Notes: generated from the letters alone by a model not told the origin. A DNA stretch of 17,798 nucleotides from Sandaracinaceae bacterium (GCA_044220955.1 JBGAQA010000121.1:244-18041); one strand, 5' to 3'. Positions 8,580 through 16,344 are shown, counted from the first letter of the stretch. Translations and numbers: made by a program.

Positions 8580-8714
8580 CACGCCGGCGTCTTGCCCGCA
8601 CACTTCCGACACGAAGGCGAGGAACACGTGCACGAGCTGCACCTCGTGGGACCCCGAGCTGCGCACGGCGCGCGTGAGGGCCTCGGGCGTGAGCGTCCGG
8701 TCATCGTGGAGCTT
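8580..8714 (-). pseudogene. Orphan coding fragment of unknown origin
   Basis: 42 of 45 codons end in G/C and read KLHDDRTLTPEALTRAVRSSGSHEVQLVHVFLAFVSEVCGQDAGV. No convincing start at its 5' end and no nearby stop. Confidence 0.4.
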
Positions 8715-8734
8715 CGCGTGTACGATGGCGGCGC

Positions 8735-10120
8735 ATGACGGACCCCTGGGAGCTGGCGGCGTGGGACGCGACCGAGACGCGCGAGCGTATCGCGCGCGGT
8801 GAGGTGAGCGCGGCCGAGGTCGTCGAGGCGGCGATCGGCCGCATGGACGACGCGGGCGCGCTGAACGCGATCGTCACCGCCACGCCCGAGCGCGCGCGCC
8901 GCGCGGCCTCGGGCCCGCCGCGCGGTCCGCTCTTCGGCGTGCCCACGGCCGTGAAGGATCTCGCCAAGCAGGAGGGCACGCGCATCGCGTGGGGCACGGC
9001 CGCGAGCGGGCACGTCGTCGCGCGCGCGAGCGATCCGTGGGTGCGGGCGCTCGAGCGCGTCGGCCTCGTGAGCCTCGGCAAGAGCGCGACGCCCGAGCTG
9101 GGCATGACGGGCACAACCGAGCCGCTCGCGTTCGGCCCGACGCACAACCCCTGGGCCCTCTCGCGCACGCCCGGCGGCTCGTCGGGCGGCGCGGCGGCGC
9201 TCGTCGCGTCGGGCGTGGTTCCGATCGCGCACGGCAGCGACGGCGGCGGCTCGATCCGCATCCCGGCGGCGTGCTGCGGCCTCGTCGGCCTCAAGGTCAC
9301 GCGTCGCCGCTGGGACATGGAGGCCTCGCCCCTCTTGCCCGTCAACATCGCCGTGCACGGGGTGCTCACGCGCAGCGTGCGCGACACGATCGCGCTCTGG
9401 CGCGCGATCGAGGAGGAGCGCGGCGCGCTGCGTCCGATCGGAGGCGCCGCCGCGCGGCGCAAGCTGGTGATCGGCGTGTTCGTCGACTCGCCGACCGGCG
9501 TCCCGGTGCACGACGAGGTGCGCGCCACGGTCGAGGCAGCGGCGCGCCGCTCTGCCGAGCGCGGCCACGACGTGCGCTTCGTGGCGTGTCCCTTCCGCGG
9601 GCAGATCGTGCGCGACTTCACGGCCTACTGGATGTTCGTCGCGTGGCTGCAGGAGGCGTTCGGGCGCCTGCTCGTCACGCCGCGCTTCGACCGCCGCAAG
9701 CTCGAGCCCTTCATGTTGGGGCTCTCGGCGCGCGCGGCGTCGCAGCGTCGGGAGACGCTCGCCGCGCTTCGCCGCCTCCGCGGGCTCGCGCGCGAGTGGC
9801 CGGCGCTGCTCGCGCCACACGACGTGCTGATCGGGCCGACGCTCGCGCAGCCGGCGCCGCCGCTCGGGCACCTCGCGCCGGACGTGCCCTTCGACGAGGC
9901 GATGGCGCGTCTCATGGCGTTCACGCCCTTCACGGGCCTCGTGAACGCGGCGGGCGCGCCGGCGATCTCGCTGCCGCTCGGGCGGACGAAGGAGGGCGTG
10001 CCGATCGGCGTGCATGCGCTCGCGCGCCACGAGGACGAGGCGACCCTGCTCGCGCTCGCGGCCGAGCTGGAGGAGGCGATGCCGTGGCCCCGGCTCGCGC
10101 CGCGCCCGTGGAGGGCGTGA
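8735..10120 (+). CDS. Amidase (amidase-signature family)
   Basis: GVPTAVKDL (catalytic Lys), GKSATPELG, TPGGSSGGAAA and GSDGGGSIRIPAACCGLVGLK (Ser-cisSer-Lys triad). Confidence 0.95.
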   Translation: MTDPWELAAWDATETRERIARGEVSAAEVVEAAIGRMDDAGALNAIVTATPERARRAASGPPRGPLFGVPTAVKDLAKQEGTRIAWGTAASGHVVARASDPWVRALERVGLVSLGKSATPELGMTGTTEPLAFGPTHNPWALSRTPGGSSGGAAALVASGVVPIAHGSDGGGSIRIPAACCGLVGLKVTRRRWDMEASPLLPVNIAVHGVLTRSVRDTIALWRAIEEERGALRPIGGAAARRKLVIGVFVDSPTGVPVHDEVRATVEAAARRSAERGHDVRFVACPFRGQIVRDFTAYWMFVAWLQEAFGRLLVTPRFDRRKLEPFMLGLSARAASQRRETLAALRRLRGLAREWPALLAPHDVLIGPTLAQPAPPLGHLAPDVPFDEAMARLMAFTPFTGLVNAAGAPAISLPLGRTKEGVPIGVHALARHEDEATLLALAAELEEAMPWPRLAPRPWRA

Positions 10121-10136
10121 GGCGCACCGAACCGTC

Positions 10137-10514
10137 TCAGGCGACGAGCAGCTCGAGCCTCGGGCTCAGCCGCCGGAGGTCGAAGGGATCGCTCGTCACG
10201 GCGCGGTGCCCGCGCTCGGCCGCGCAGAGCACGGCCGACGCGTCGACGACGTCACTCGTGCCGCGCAGGCCGCAGAGCGCACCGGCCTCCTTCGCGCGTC
10301 GACCGTCGAGCGCGCACAGCTCGACGGCGTCCGACGCGAGCAGTCGCACGAGCCGGACCTGACGCGCCCCGTCGCGCCAGACCTGTCCGAGGGCCCCTGC
10401 GGGCACGGCGATCCGGAGCCCTGCTTCCAGCGCCTCGTCGATCCAGGCGACGAGGCGGCGGTCGGCTCGCTCGAGGGCGATGAGCGCGCCAGCGTCGAGC
10501 GTCAGACCCTTCAT
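10137..10514 (-). CDS. vapC: PIN-domain toxin (VapC-like)
   Basis: 125 aa with LTLDAGALIA, QVWR, TSDVVDASAV and VTSDPFDL, carrying the PIN acidic residues. ATG overlaps the upstream antitoxin stop (ATGA). Confidence 0.88.
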   Translation of the reverse strand: MKGLTLDAGALIALERADRRLVAWIDEALEAGLRIAVPAGALGQVWRDGARQVRLVRLLASDAVELCALDGRRAKEAGALCGLRGTSDVVDASAVLCAAERGHRAVTSDPFDLRRLSPRLELLVA

Positions 10515-10778
10515 CGCGGCCCGCGTCGCCGTGCGCCGAGACCGAGATCGCGCCGCGCCCGCGCCCGCTCGACGCGCGTCAGCGGGCCGCCGGTCTGCTC
10601 GGCGAGCTCGGCGAGCATCTTCCGCAGGTCGTCGCGCTCGCGCTTCTCCTCGACGGCGGCGGCGATGTACGCCTCACCGACGACGCCTGGCCGGACTCGA
10701 CGGCGGCCTGCGCCTTGCGCAGGGCCTCGCCCGGGAGGCTGATCGTGATCTTCGCGATGGCGACCGAGACGGCACCAC
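10511..10778 (-). pseudogene. Frameshifted antitoxin (VapB-like, ribbon-helix-helix type)
   Basis: AIAKITISLPGEALRKAQAAVESGQASSV (10761-10675) and AYIAAAVEEKRERDDLRKMLAELAEQTGGPLT...* (10672-10511) lie in different frames. GTG-AG-GCG-TAC lacks one base relative to V-S-A-Y. The nearby GTG starts (10775/10778/10790) are in the third frame. Confidence 0.78.
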
Positions 10779-10848
10779 CCGCTCCGACACTTGCTCTGCG
10801 TCGAGCGCCCCGGTCGTCCTCGGCGCGCTCCTCCGAGCGTCCGGCAGG

Positions 10849-11493
10849 TCAGTGGTGCGCGCGCGGGCGACGCGCGGGGCGCGCGGGGCGCGCGGGGCGC
10901 GCGTCGGGCGGGTCGTCGGTCATGCGGATGATGCGGTACGCGCTGCCGAGCGCGTACGTCCCGTAGCGCCCCGGCTCGTCGCGGCGCTGACCGGGATAGC
11001 TCATCATCGTCGCGACGCGCGCGCTCGGATCGGCCCAGTCGACGAAGATCGCGCTGTGCGTGCCGCCTCCCTCGTGCTCGAAGAGCACCCAGTCGCCGGG
11101 CTGCAGATCCGAGACCTGCGCGTAGCGGTGGCGCGCCCGGCTGCCGTGGAACGAGTCGTGCCAGCGGCCGCTCGCCTGGTGGAAGACGGCGTCGACCCAG
11201 TCGTAGCAGGAGCCGCGGACGATCACGCCCTGCTCGATCATGCGCTGCGCCGTCTCGAGGACGCGGCGGCCACCGAGGCCGGCGCGACCGGTGGCGCGCG
11301 CCATCGCGCTCGCGGGATCCCACGCGTCCCACGACGGGTCGGGCGCGGGCGAAGGTGCCGGGGCGTACCAGGGCGGTGTCCACGGGCTCGTCGTGTACGC
11401 GGGCGGGAGCGCCATCGGGCCCTGCGCCGCCGCGGGGCTCGCGCCCGCCACACATCCACCCACCACGAGGACGGCCACGAGCATGTGACGCAT
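10849..11493 (-). CDS. Secreted protein with NlpC/P60/CHAP-like papain-fold domain (putative peptidase/amidase)
   Basis: Signal peptide (...GASPAAA|Q) and a Pro-rich linker, then GSCYDWVDAVF, LQPGDWVLF and THSAIFVD in the Cys-PGD-His order of the NlpC/P60 superfamily. Start is ATG 11493 or 11484. Confidence 0.7.
   Translation of the reverse strand: MRHMLVAVLVVGGCVAGASPAAAQGPMALPPAYTTSPWTPPWYAPAPSPAPDPSWDAWDPASAMARATGRAGLGGRRVLETAQRMIEQGVIVRGSCYDWVDAVFHQASGRWHDSFHGSRARHRYAQVSDLQPGDWVLFEHEGGGTHSAIFVDWADPSARVATMMSYPGQRRDEPGRYGTYALGSAYRIIRMTDDPPDARPARPARPARRPRAHH
10871..10903 (-). repeat. Perfect 9-bp tandem repeat (3 copies plus a partial) encoding an ARPARPARPAR tail
   Basis: (cgcgcgggg)x3 at 10871-10897, followed by cgcgcg. 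Confidence 0.85.
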
Positions 11494-11522
11494 GCGGCGA
11501 TCACAGCATCCGACGTGCCACA

Positions 11523-11550
11523 CGATCACCGCCAGATCGCGCGGTGATCG
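11523..11550. other. Intergenic inverted repeat (10-bp stem, 8-nt loop); possible terminator or operator
   Basis: cgatcaccgc-cagatcgc-gcggtgatcg lies between the stop at 11592 and the start at 11493. There is no U-tract. Confidence 0.5.
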
Positions 11551-11591
11551 GCGCACGCGCCGTGAATCGCGCGAGAGGTGTCAACGCGCGG

Positions 11592-12947
11592 TCACGAGCC
11601 TCCGCATTCGCCGTCGAATCGACCGAGCTCGGCGTCGAGCGCGGCGAAGTCGGCGCCGTCCTCGGGGAGCGCGCTGCGATCGAGGCGGCGCAGAGGCGCG
11701 AGCCCGGCCGCGCTCCGGGGCCAGTGCCACCCGTCGAGCTGGTCGCGGACGCGGCCCGCCGCGTCCTGCCGGCGGCCCTCCGAGGCCGGGAGATCCGGGT
11801 CGAACTCGCCCTGGTACTCGATCAGGTACCACTCGTTCGACGCGGACTCGGCCAGCCGCAGGACGAGGAGCTCGGTGTGGGCGCGCGCCCAGGCGCAGCG
11901 CGCGTCGGCGTCCAGGCGCGCGCCGGCCGCGTCGAGCGCGAGCGCGATCGCCGCGAGGTCCGCGCCGCGCTCGGCGTGCCGTCGCCGGTCGTCCTCGATG
12001 CAGCCTGGTCGCGCGCGCGTGCTCGCCGCGCGCCTGCGGAGCGCGTCGGCGCTGACCACGTCGACCGGCTCCACCAGCGCCGCGACGCGCTCCAGGATGC
12101 TGCGTCGCGTGCGCTGCGCGCCGTTCCAGGCCACCGGGTCGTCGTCGCAGTCGCCCGTCGTGGCGTCGAAGACGTGCTCCGCTCGCTCGTGCTCGGCCCA
12201 CGCCCGCGCGAGCCAGCGCACCTCACCCGGGTACGCGGCCGCGAGCGCCGCGACGTCCAGCGGCGCCGCGCTCGCCTCCGGCAGTGCGCCGAGCGCCACG
12301 TGCGGATAGCGCGCCCCCGCCTGCGCGCCCGGGGCGTGGCCCATGACGCGCAGCTCCGAGACGCAGATCTCCTGCCAGCCCGTGTTCGATCCCGGCAGCA
12401 CCGCGGTGATCTCGATGCGGTAGACGCCTCCACCGCCTTGCACGGGCAGCGCCTGCAGCTCGCGCGAGTCGGGATCGAGCGCGTGCTCGGCGCTGGATCC
12501 GTCGTGCGTGACGCGGACGCGGGTGATGCGGTGGTTCGCCGTGAACAGGTCGGCGCGATCGGTGACGTGGGTGAAACCGGCCGTGAGCGCGATCGAGGTC
12601 ACGTCCGCGTCCGCGGGGACGCGGACGTCGATGAACGCGCCGGTGAGATCGCCCGTCCTGCCGTTCCACGCGGTCTCGAGGTCTCCGTCGACGAGGTGCG
12701 CGATCTGCGTCGCGTCGTCGTGGTACGCGCTCGAGACGGCGACGTACGTCGTCGTGCTCGAGAGCAGCTCGATGGGGGACGCGGGCGAGGGCGAGGACGA
12801 GGGCGCGGGCGAGGGCGAGGGCGAAGGCGCGGGCGCGGGCGCGGGCGAGGGCGCGGGCGAGGGCGAGGGCGAAGGCGAGGACGAGGGCGCGCTCGGGCCG
12901 CTGCACGCCGAGATCACGAGCGCGACCAGGAAAAGGAACGTCTGCAT
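11592..12947 (-). CDS. Lipoprotein with Pro/Ser/Ala linker, discoidin (F5/8 type C)-like glycan-binding domain and an unknown, probably helical, C-terminal domain
   Basis: MQTFLFLVALVISAC lipobox, (SP/AP)n stalk, and VAVSS...HLVDGDLETAW, ANHRITRVRV and EICVSELRV, typical of discoidin/galactose-binding-like folds. Confidence 0.8.
   Translation of the reverse strand: MQTFLFLVALVISACSGPSAPSSSPSPSPSPAPSPAPAPAPSPSPSPAPSSSPSPASPIELLSSTTTYVAVSSAYHDDATQIAHLVDGDLETAWNGRTGDLTGAFIDVRVPADADVTSIALTAGFTHVTDRADLFTANHRITRVRVTHDGSSAEHALDPDSRELQALPVQGGGGVYRIEITAVLPGSNTGWQEICVSELRVMGHAPGAQAGARYPHVALGALPEASAAPLDVAALAAAYPGEVRWLARAWAEHERAEHVFDATTGDCDDDPVAWNGAQRTRRSILERVAALVEPVDVVSADALRRRAASTRARPGCIEDDRRRHAERGADLAAIALALDAAGARLDADARCAWARAHTELLVLRLAESASNEWYLIEYQGEFDPDLPASEGRRQDAAGRVRDQLDGWHWPRSAAGLAPLRRLDRSALPEDGADFAALDAELGRFDGECGGS
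12781..12887 (-). repeat. Hexanucleotide microsatellite-like repeat (gagggc/gcgggc) encoding a Pro-Ser/Pro-Ala linker
   Basis: Directly visible run encoding PSSSPSPSPSPAPSPAPAPAPSPSPSPAPSSSPSPA. Confidence 0.9.
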
Positions 12948-12996
12948 CTGCGGGCGAGCGTGCCACACGTGTCGCTCGGCCGCGTCTCGCCGCGCC

Positions 12997-14550
12997 TCAG
13001 GGGCAGCGGCCCGGGATGCTCGCGCAGCGCAGCGCGCGGATGCGGTCGTACACGGGGTAGTGCGAGCCGTCGCTCGCGACCCAGGCGAAGTCCTCCCACG
13101 CGGCGTCGCGGAGGATGAAGGGCATCACCGCGCGCACGCGCGCGTGGCCGAGCCAGAAGTCCCGGTACGCGCTCTCGGTCCAGTCGGCGATCTCGGCGCG
13201 CGTGCCGCCGCCGCTCGTGCAGCGCGAGCCGGGCGAGCACCAGCCGGTCTCGGTGAGGAACACGTCGAGGTCGCTCCGGCCGATGGTCGTGAGCTCGGTC
13301 TCGAAGTACGAGAGGCCCGGGCGCGCGATCGCGTAGGGGACGAAGAAGCCCCAGCCCTCGCCCTGCGCCGGGTAGCTGTGCGAGGCGAAGCCGTCCACGC
13401 GCGAGAACACGTCGGGCACGGCGGCCATCATCGCCGTGAGGAATTCGCGCGACGTGATGCCCGCGTCGAACCCGCTGCCGCCGCACTCGCAGCGCACGGC
13501 GCCGCCCGGCGCGAGGCCGGCGTTCAGCACGCGGATGCGCGCATCGCCGATCGCGTGCAGCGTGTCCGCCACGTCGCGGAGCAGCGCCGCATACTCGTGC
13601 GCGGTCGTCGCGTAGTCGAGCCAGCCCTCGCCCGCGTGGCAGGTCCACTCGTAACAGAGGTTCGGCTCGTTGTGGACCTCGATGAAGATCGGCCAGCCGC
13701 CGCGCAGCGGCAGATCCTCGACCACGCGCCGGTACGCGGCGGCGAGCGCGCCGAAGTGCGCGTGCGCCCCGTCGTCGGAGTCGTAGCGCACGTCGTCGTC
13801 GCCCCAGGGCGGCGAGATGCGGATCACCGGGATCAGATCGCGCGCGTACGCGTCGGCGACGGCGCTCACCCAGGAGGGATCGGCGCCCGCCGTGTCCCGC
13901 GTCACGCCGGGGAAGATCAGCTTCACGTAGCCGCCGGGGCCCGCGAGATCGGCGGCGAGGTCCAGGTCGCTCGCGCTTCCGGGGCCCACGAAGCCGATGC
14001 CGAAGCGGTTCACCGGCGGTGTGCTCGAGCCACCGTCGCGCACGACGGCAGCGTCCGTCCCCGCGTCGCTCGCGCTCGCGTCCGCGACCCGCACCATGCA
14101 CGAGGCGACCGTGCGCGCCCCCATGTCGGCCGTGAACGTCATCGCGAGCACGCCCGCCGCGTGGCCGTGGACCGTGTAGCTCCACGTGTAGGAGCCGCTC
14201 ACGCCGCCCCAGTCGGCGACGGGCGCGCCCGGGCCGCTCACGTGCAGATCGACGTTCGCCCACGGCGTGCCGTCGGTCACGGCGACCGTGAAGGGGGCAC
14301 CGGCGCGCGGCGCGCTCGGTGTCAGCGTGAACGCCGCGTCGCAGGGGAGCGGCGGCCCGGCGTCGATCGTCGGCGCCTGCGCGTCGCTCGCGCCCGCGTC
14401 GATCACGCTCCCCGCGTCGATCCCCGTCCCTGCGTCTCGCGCGGTCCCGGCGTCGCTCCCCGGGCTCGCGTCGTGTCGCGGGCCGCCGAGCGCGGCGTCG
14501 CAGCCCGCGAGGGCGCCTGCCGCGAGCGCCGCGGCGAACAGCGGGCGCAT
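12997..14550 (-). CDS. Lipoprotein: DAG stalk, Ig-like domain and clan GH-A (TIM-barrel) glycoside hydrolase
   Basis: True start is ATG 14550 inside track ORF 12997..16242. It begins with the lipobox MRPLFAAALAAGALAGC and contains FIEVHNEPN (acid/base Glu), DGFASHSYP and VFLTETGW (nucleophile Glu). Confidence 0.85.
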   Translation of the reverse strand: MRPLFAAALAAGALAGCDAALGGPRHDASPGSDAGTARDAGTGIDAGSVIDAGASDAQAPTIDAGPPLPCDAAFTLTPSAPRAGAPFTVAVTDGTPWANVDLHVSGPGAPVADWGGVSGSYTWSYTVHGHAAGVLAMTFTADMGARTVASCMVRVADASASDAGTDAAVVRDGGSSTPPVNRFGIGFVGPGSASDLDLAADLAGPGGYVKLIFPGVTRDTAGADPSWVSAVADAYARDLIPVIRISPPWGDDDVRYDSDDGAHAHFGALAAAYRRVVEDLPLRGGWPIFIEVHNEPNLCYEWTCHAGEGWLDYATTAHEYAALLRDVADTLHAIGDARIRVLNAGLAPGGAVRCECGGSGFDAGITSREFLTAMMAAVPDVFSRVDGFASHSYPAQGEGWGFFVPYAIARPGLSYFETELTTIGRSDLDVFLTETGWCSPGSRCTSGGGTRAEIADWTESAYRDFWLGHARVRAVMPFILRDAAWEDFAWVASDGSHYPVYDRIRALRCASIPGRCP

Positions 14551-16292
14551 CAGAGCCCTTGCACGTGAAGGGTCGCGCGGCCGCAGCTGCCGTCGATGCG
14601 CTCGACCCCGAACCAGTAGCGCGGGTCGCCCGTGCTGCCGGCGGCACCGTACGAGGGCCCGCAGCTCGAGGAGAGCGGCGTGCAGCTCCCTCCCGGATCG
14701 AGGTAGCCCACGGTCCATCCCGGCGGCGCATCGATGTGGTAGCTGGCGCCCTGCACACCGCTGAGCACGATGTCGGGCGCGCTGCCCGAGCTGCAGCCCG
14801 GGATCGTGAAGTCGTCCCCGTAGAGACACGTGTCGATCGGCAGGAGCACGTCCCCGATGCCGGTGATGTCGATGAAGTTGGCGCACGAGTCGCCTGCACC
14901 GACGCAGGATCCGCTGGGCTGGCAGCTCGTCCCGCCCGGGCAGCTCGCGCAGCGGTTTCCCTCGTTGCCGCAGAGCGTCTGGTCCGTGCCGGCGTAGCAC
15001 GTGCCGCCGTTCAGGCAGCCGGTGCAGCACGCACCGCCGGCGCACGAGCCGGCGCCGCCCGCGCAAGACGTCCCGTCGGGCGCGGGGTCGCACGTGCGCC
15101 CCGGGCCGCAAGTCCGGCACTCGCTGCACGCGACGCAGCTGCCGCCGACGGGCCCGCACGCCCCCGCGCTCGTGCCCGGCTGGCAGGTGCCGACGATGGA
15201 GCAGCCGTTGCAGCAGCTCCCGCCCAGGCACGAGCCGGACGAGCACGGCGTGCCGTCGCCGACGCTCACGCAGCTCGCGCCGTTGCAGCTCTGGCACTCG
15301 CCGCAGCTCGCGCACGAGCGGCCGCCCGAGCCGCACGCGGAGGGGACGGAGCCGCCGTTGCACGTGCCCCCGGGGTCGATGCAGCCCGTGCAGCAGCTCC
15401 CGTTCGCGCAGTGTCCGCTGCCGCCGCCGCAGAGCGTGCCGTTGCCGCTCGGCATGCAGCTGCCGCCCGCGCACGTCGTGCACTCGCCGCAGCTCGCGCA
15501 CGCGTTGCCGCCGGCGCCGCAGGTCCCGAGCGTGTCGCCTGGGAAGCAGCCGCCCCCCTGCGTGCAGCCCGTGCAGCAGGTGCCCGACGCGCAGCGCCCC
15601 GACGCGCACGTGTCGCCGTCCGGCGCCGCGCCGCACGTCCCCGTCGCCGCGTCGCATGCCTGACACGCCCCGCAGCTCACGCCGACGCAGCGCGCGCACG
15701 CGGCGTCGCTCAAGCAGTCGTCGTCCGAGCAGTCGGTGCGGCCGTCGCAGTCGTCGTCGGCCGCGTTCGAGCACTGCGTCTCGCTCGGGCTGCAGACGAC
15801 CGCGTCCCGTCGCGGCGCGTCCGCCCCGGTGTCGCTCGCGCCGTCGCGCGGACCGCCGTCGAGCGGGCCGGTGTCGGGCATCCCGGAGTCCATCTCGCAG
15901 CTGCCGGCGTGACAGATCGCGGCGATGCAGGCGGCGACGCCCACGTGCGCGTGCAGCACGTTGGCCACGGCCGCCGGGCCGGGGAGCGTGACGAGCTGAC
16001 AGTCGCTCCCGATCTCGGTGCACGTGCCGTCGTACGCGATCGCGGCGAAGCCGTACGTCCCGGGACCGAGCTCGGGCGGGCGCATCGCCATCGCGCCGGT
16101 GCCGCGCTCCTCCGTGCGGTACAGGGTCGTGCCCGTGCAGCTGCCGCGCCGGATGCTCGCCTCGACGACGCTCGTCTGATCGCGGAGAGAGGTCGTCTCG
16201 AACTCGATCGTCCACGAGAGACCCCGCGGCGCGGGGCTGCAACCGAGGCCGAGGGCGACGGCGACCAGGAGAGACATCGCGAGCGCTCGCAC
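14550..16292 (-). CDS. Cys-rich repeat lipoprotein (myxobacterial-type surface protein)
   Basis: True start is GTG 16292 or ATG 16277 inside track ORF 14550..17387. Lipobox VALGLGC, DAG-like linker, acidic motif CSNAADDDCDGRTDCSDDDC, four ~60-aa Cys-rich repeats and a small C-terminal beta-rich domain. The stop overlaps the next ATG (TGATG). Confidence 0.85.
   Translation of the reverse strand: MRALAMSLLVAVALGLGCSPAPRGLSWTIEFETTSLRDQTSVVEASIRRGSCTGTTLYRTEERGTGAMAMRPPELGPGTYGFAAIAYDGTCTEIGSDCQLVTLPGPAAVANVLHAHVGVAACIAAICHAGSCEMDSGMPDTGPLDGGPRDGASDTGADAPRRDAVVCSPSETQCSNAADDDCDGRTDCSDDDCLSDAACARCVGVSCGACQACDAATGTCGAAPDGDTCASGRCASGTCCTGCTQGGGCFPGDTLGTCGAGGNACASCGECTTCAGGSCMPSGNGTLCGGGSGHCANGSCCTGCIDPGGTCNGGSVPSACGSGGRSCASCGECQSCNGASCVSVGDGTPCSSGSCLGGSCCNGCSIVGTCQPGTSAGACGPVGGSCVACSECRTCGPGRTCDPAPDGTSCAGGAGSCAGGACCTGCLNGGTCYAGTDQTLCGNEGNRCASCPGGTSCQPSGSCVGAGDSCANFIDITGIGDVLLPIDTCLYGDDFTIPGCSSGSAPDIVLSGVQGASYHIDAPPGWTVGYLDPGGSCTPLSSSCGPSYGAAGSTGDPRYWFGVERIDGSCGRATLHVQGL
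14940..15674 (-). repeat. Four tandem ~61-codon Cys-rich protein repeats
   Basis: Each unit follows CxxCxxC..C....(D/N)GxxC...C..GxCC(T/N)GC....C..G.....CG..G..C. Confidence 0.85.
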
Positions 16293-16344
16293 TGCCTTCC
16301 AGCGTACCCTCGGAGGGGCGAGCGCCGCTACCTCGCCATGCGAC

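Noticed and set aside
8552..8677. 41-codon ORF starting at the ATGA overlap with the ParE remnant
   Set aside because: Poor GC3 codon bias and Arg-rich composition; the opposite strand looks more coding-like.
8273..10848. Integron cassette array or insertion sequence explaining the TA relics
   Set aside because: No integrase or transposase, attC-like repeats, terminal inverted repeats or target-site duplication could be identified by eye.
10511..11455. 314-aa minus-strand ORF
   Set aside because: Only the last ~53 codons are protein-like (antitoxin C-terminus); the rest is an alternative frame of the neighbouring gene and intergenic DNA.
11579..11584. Perfect TTGACA on the minus strand
   Set aside because: The sequence 17 nt downstream (GGCGCG) is not a -10 element, so no canonical sigma70 promoter can be supported.
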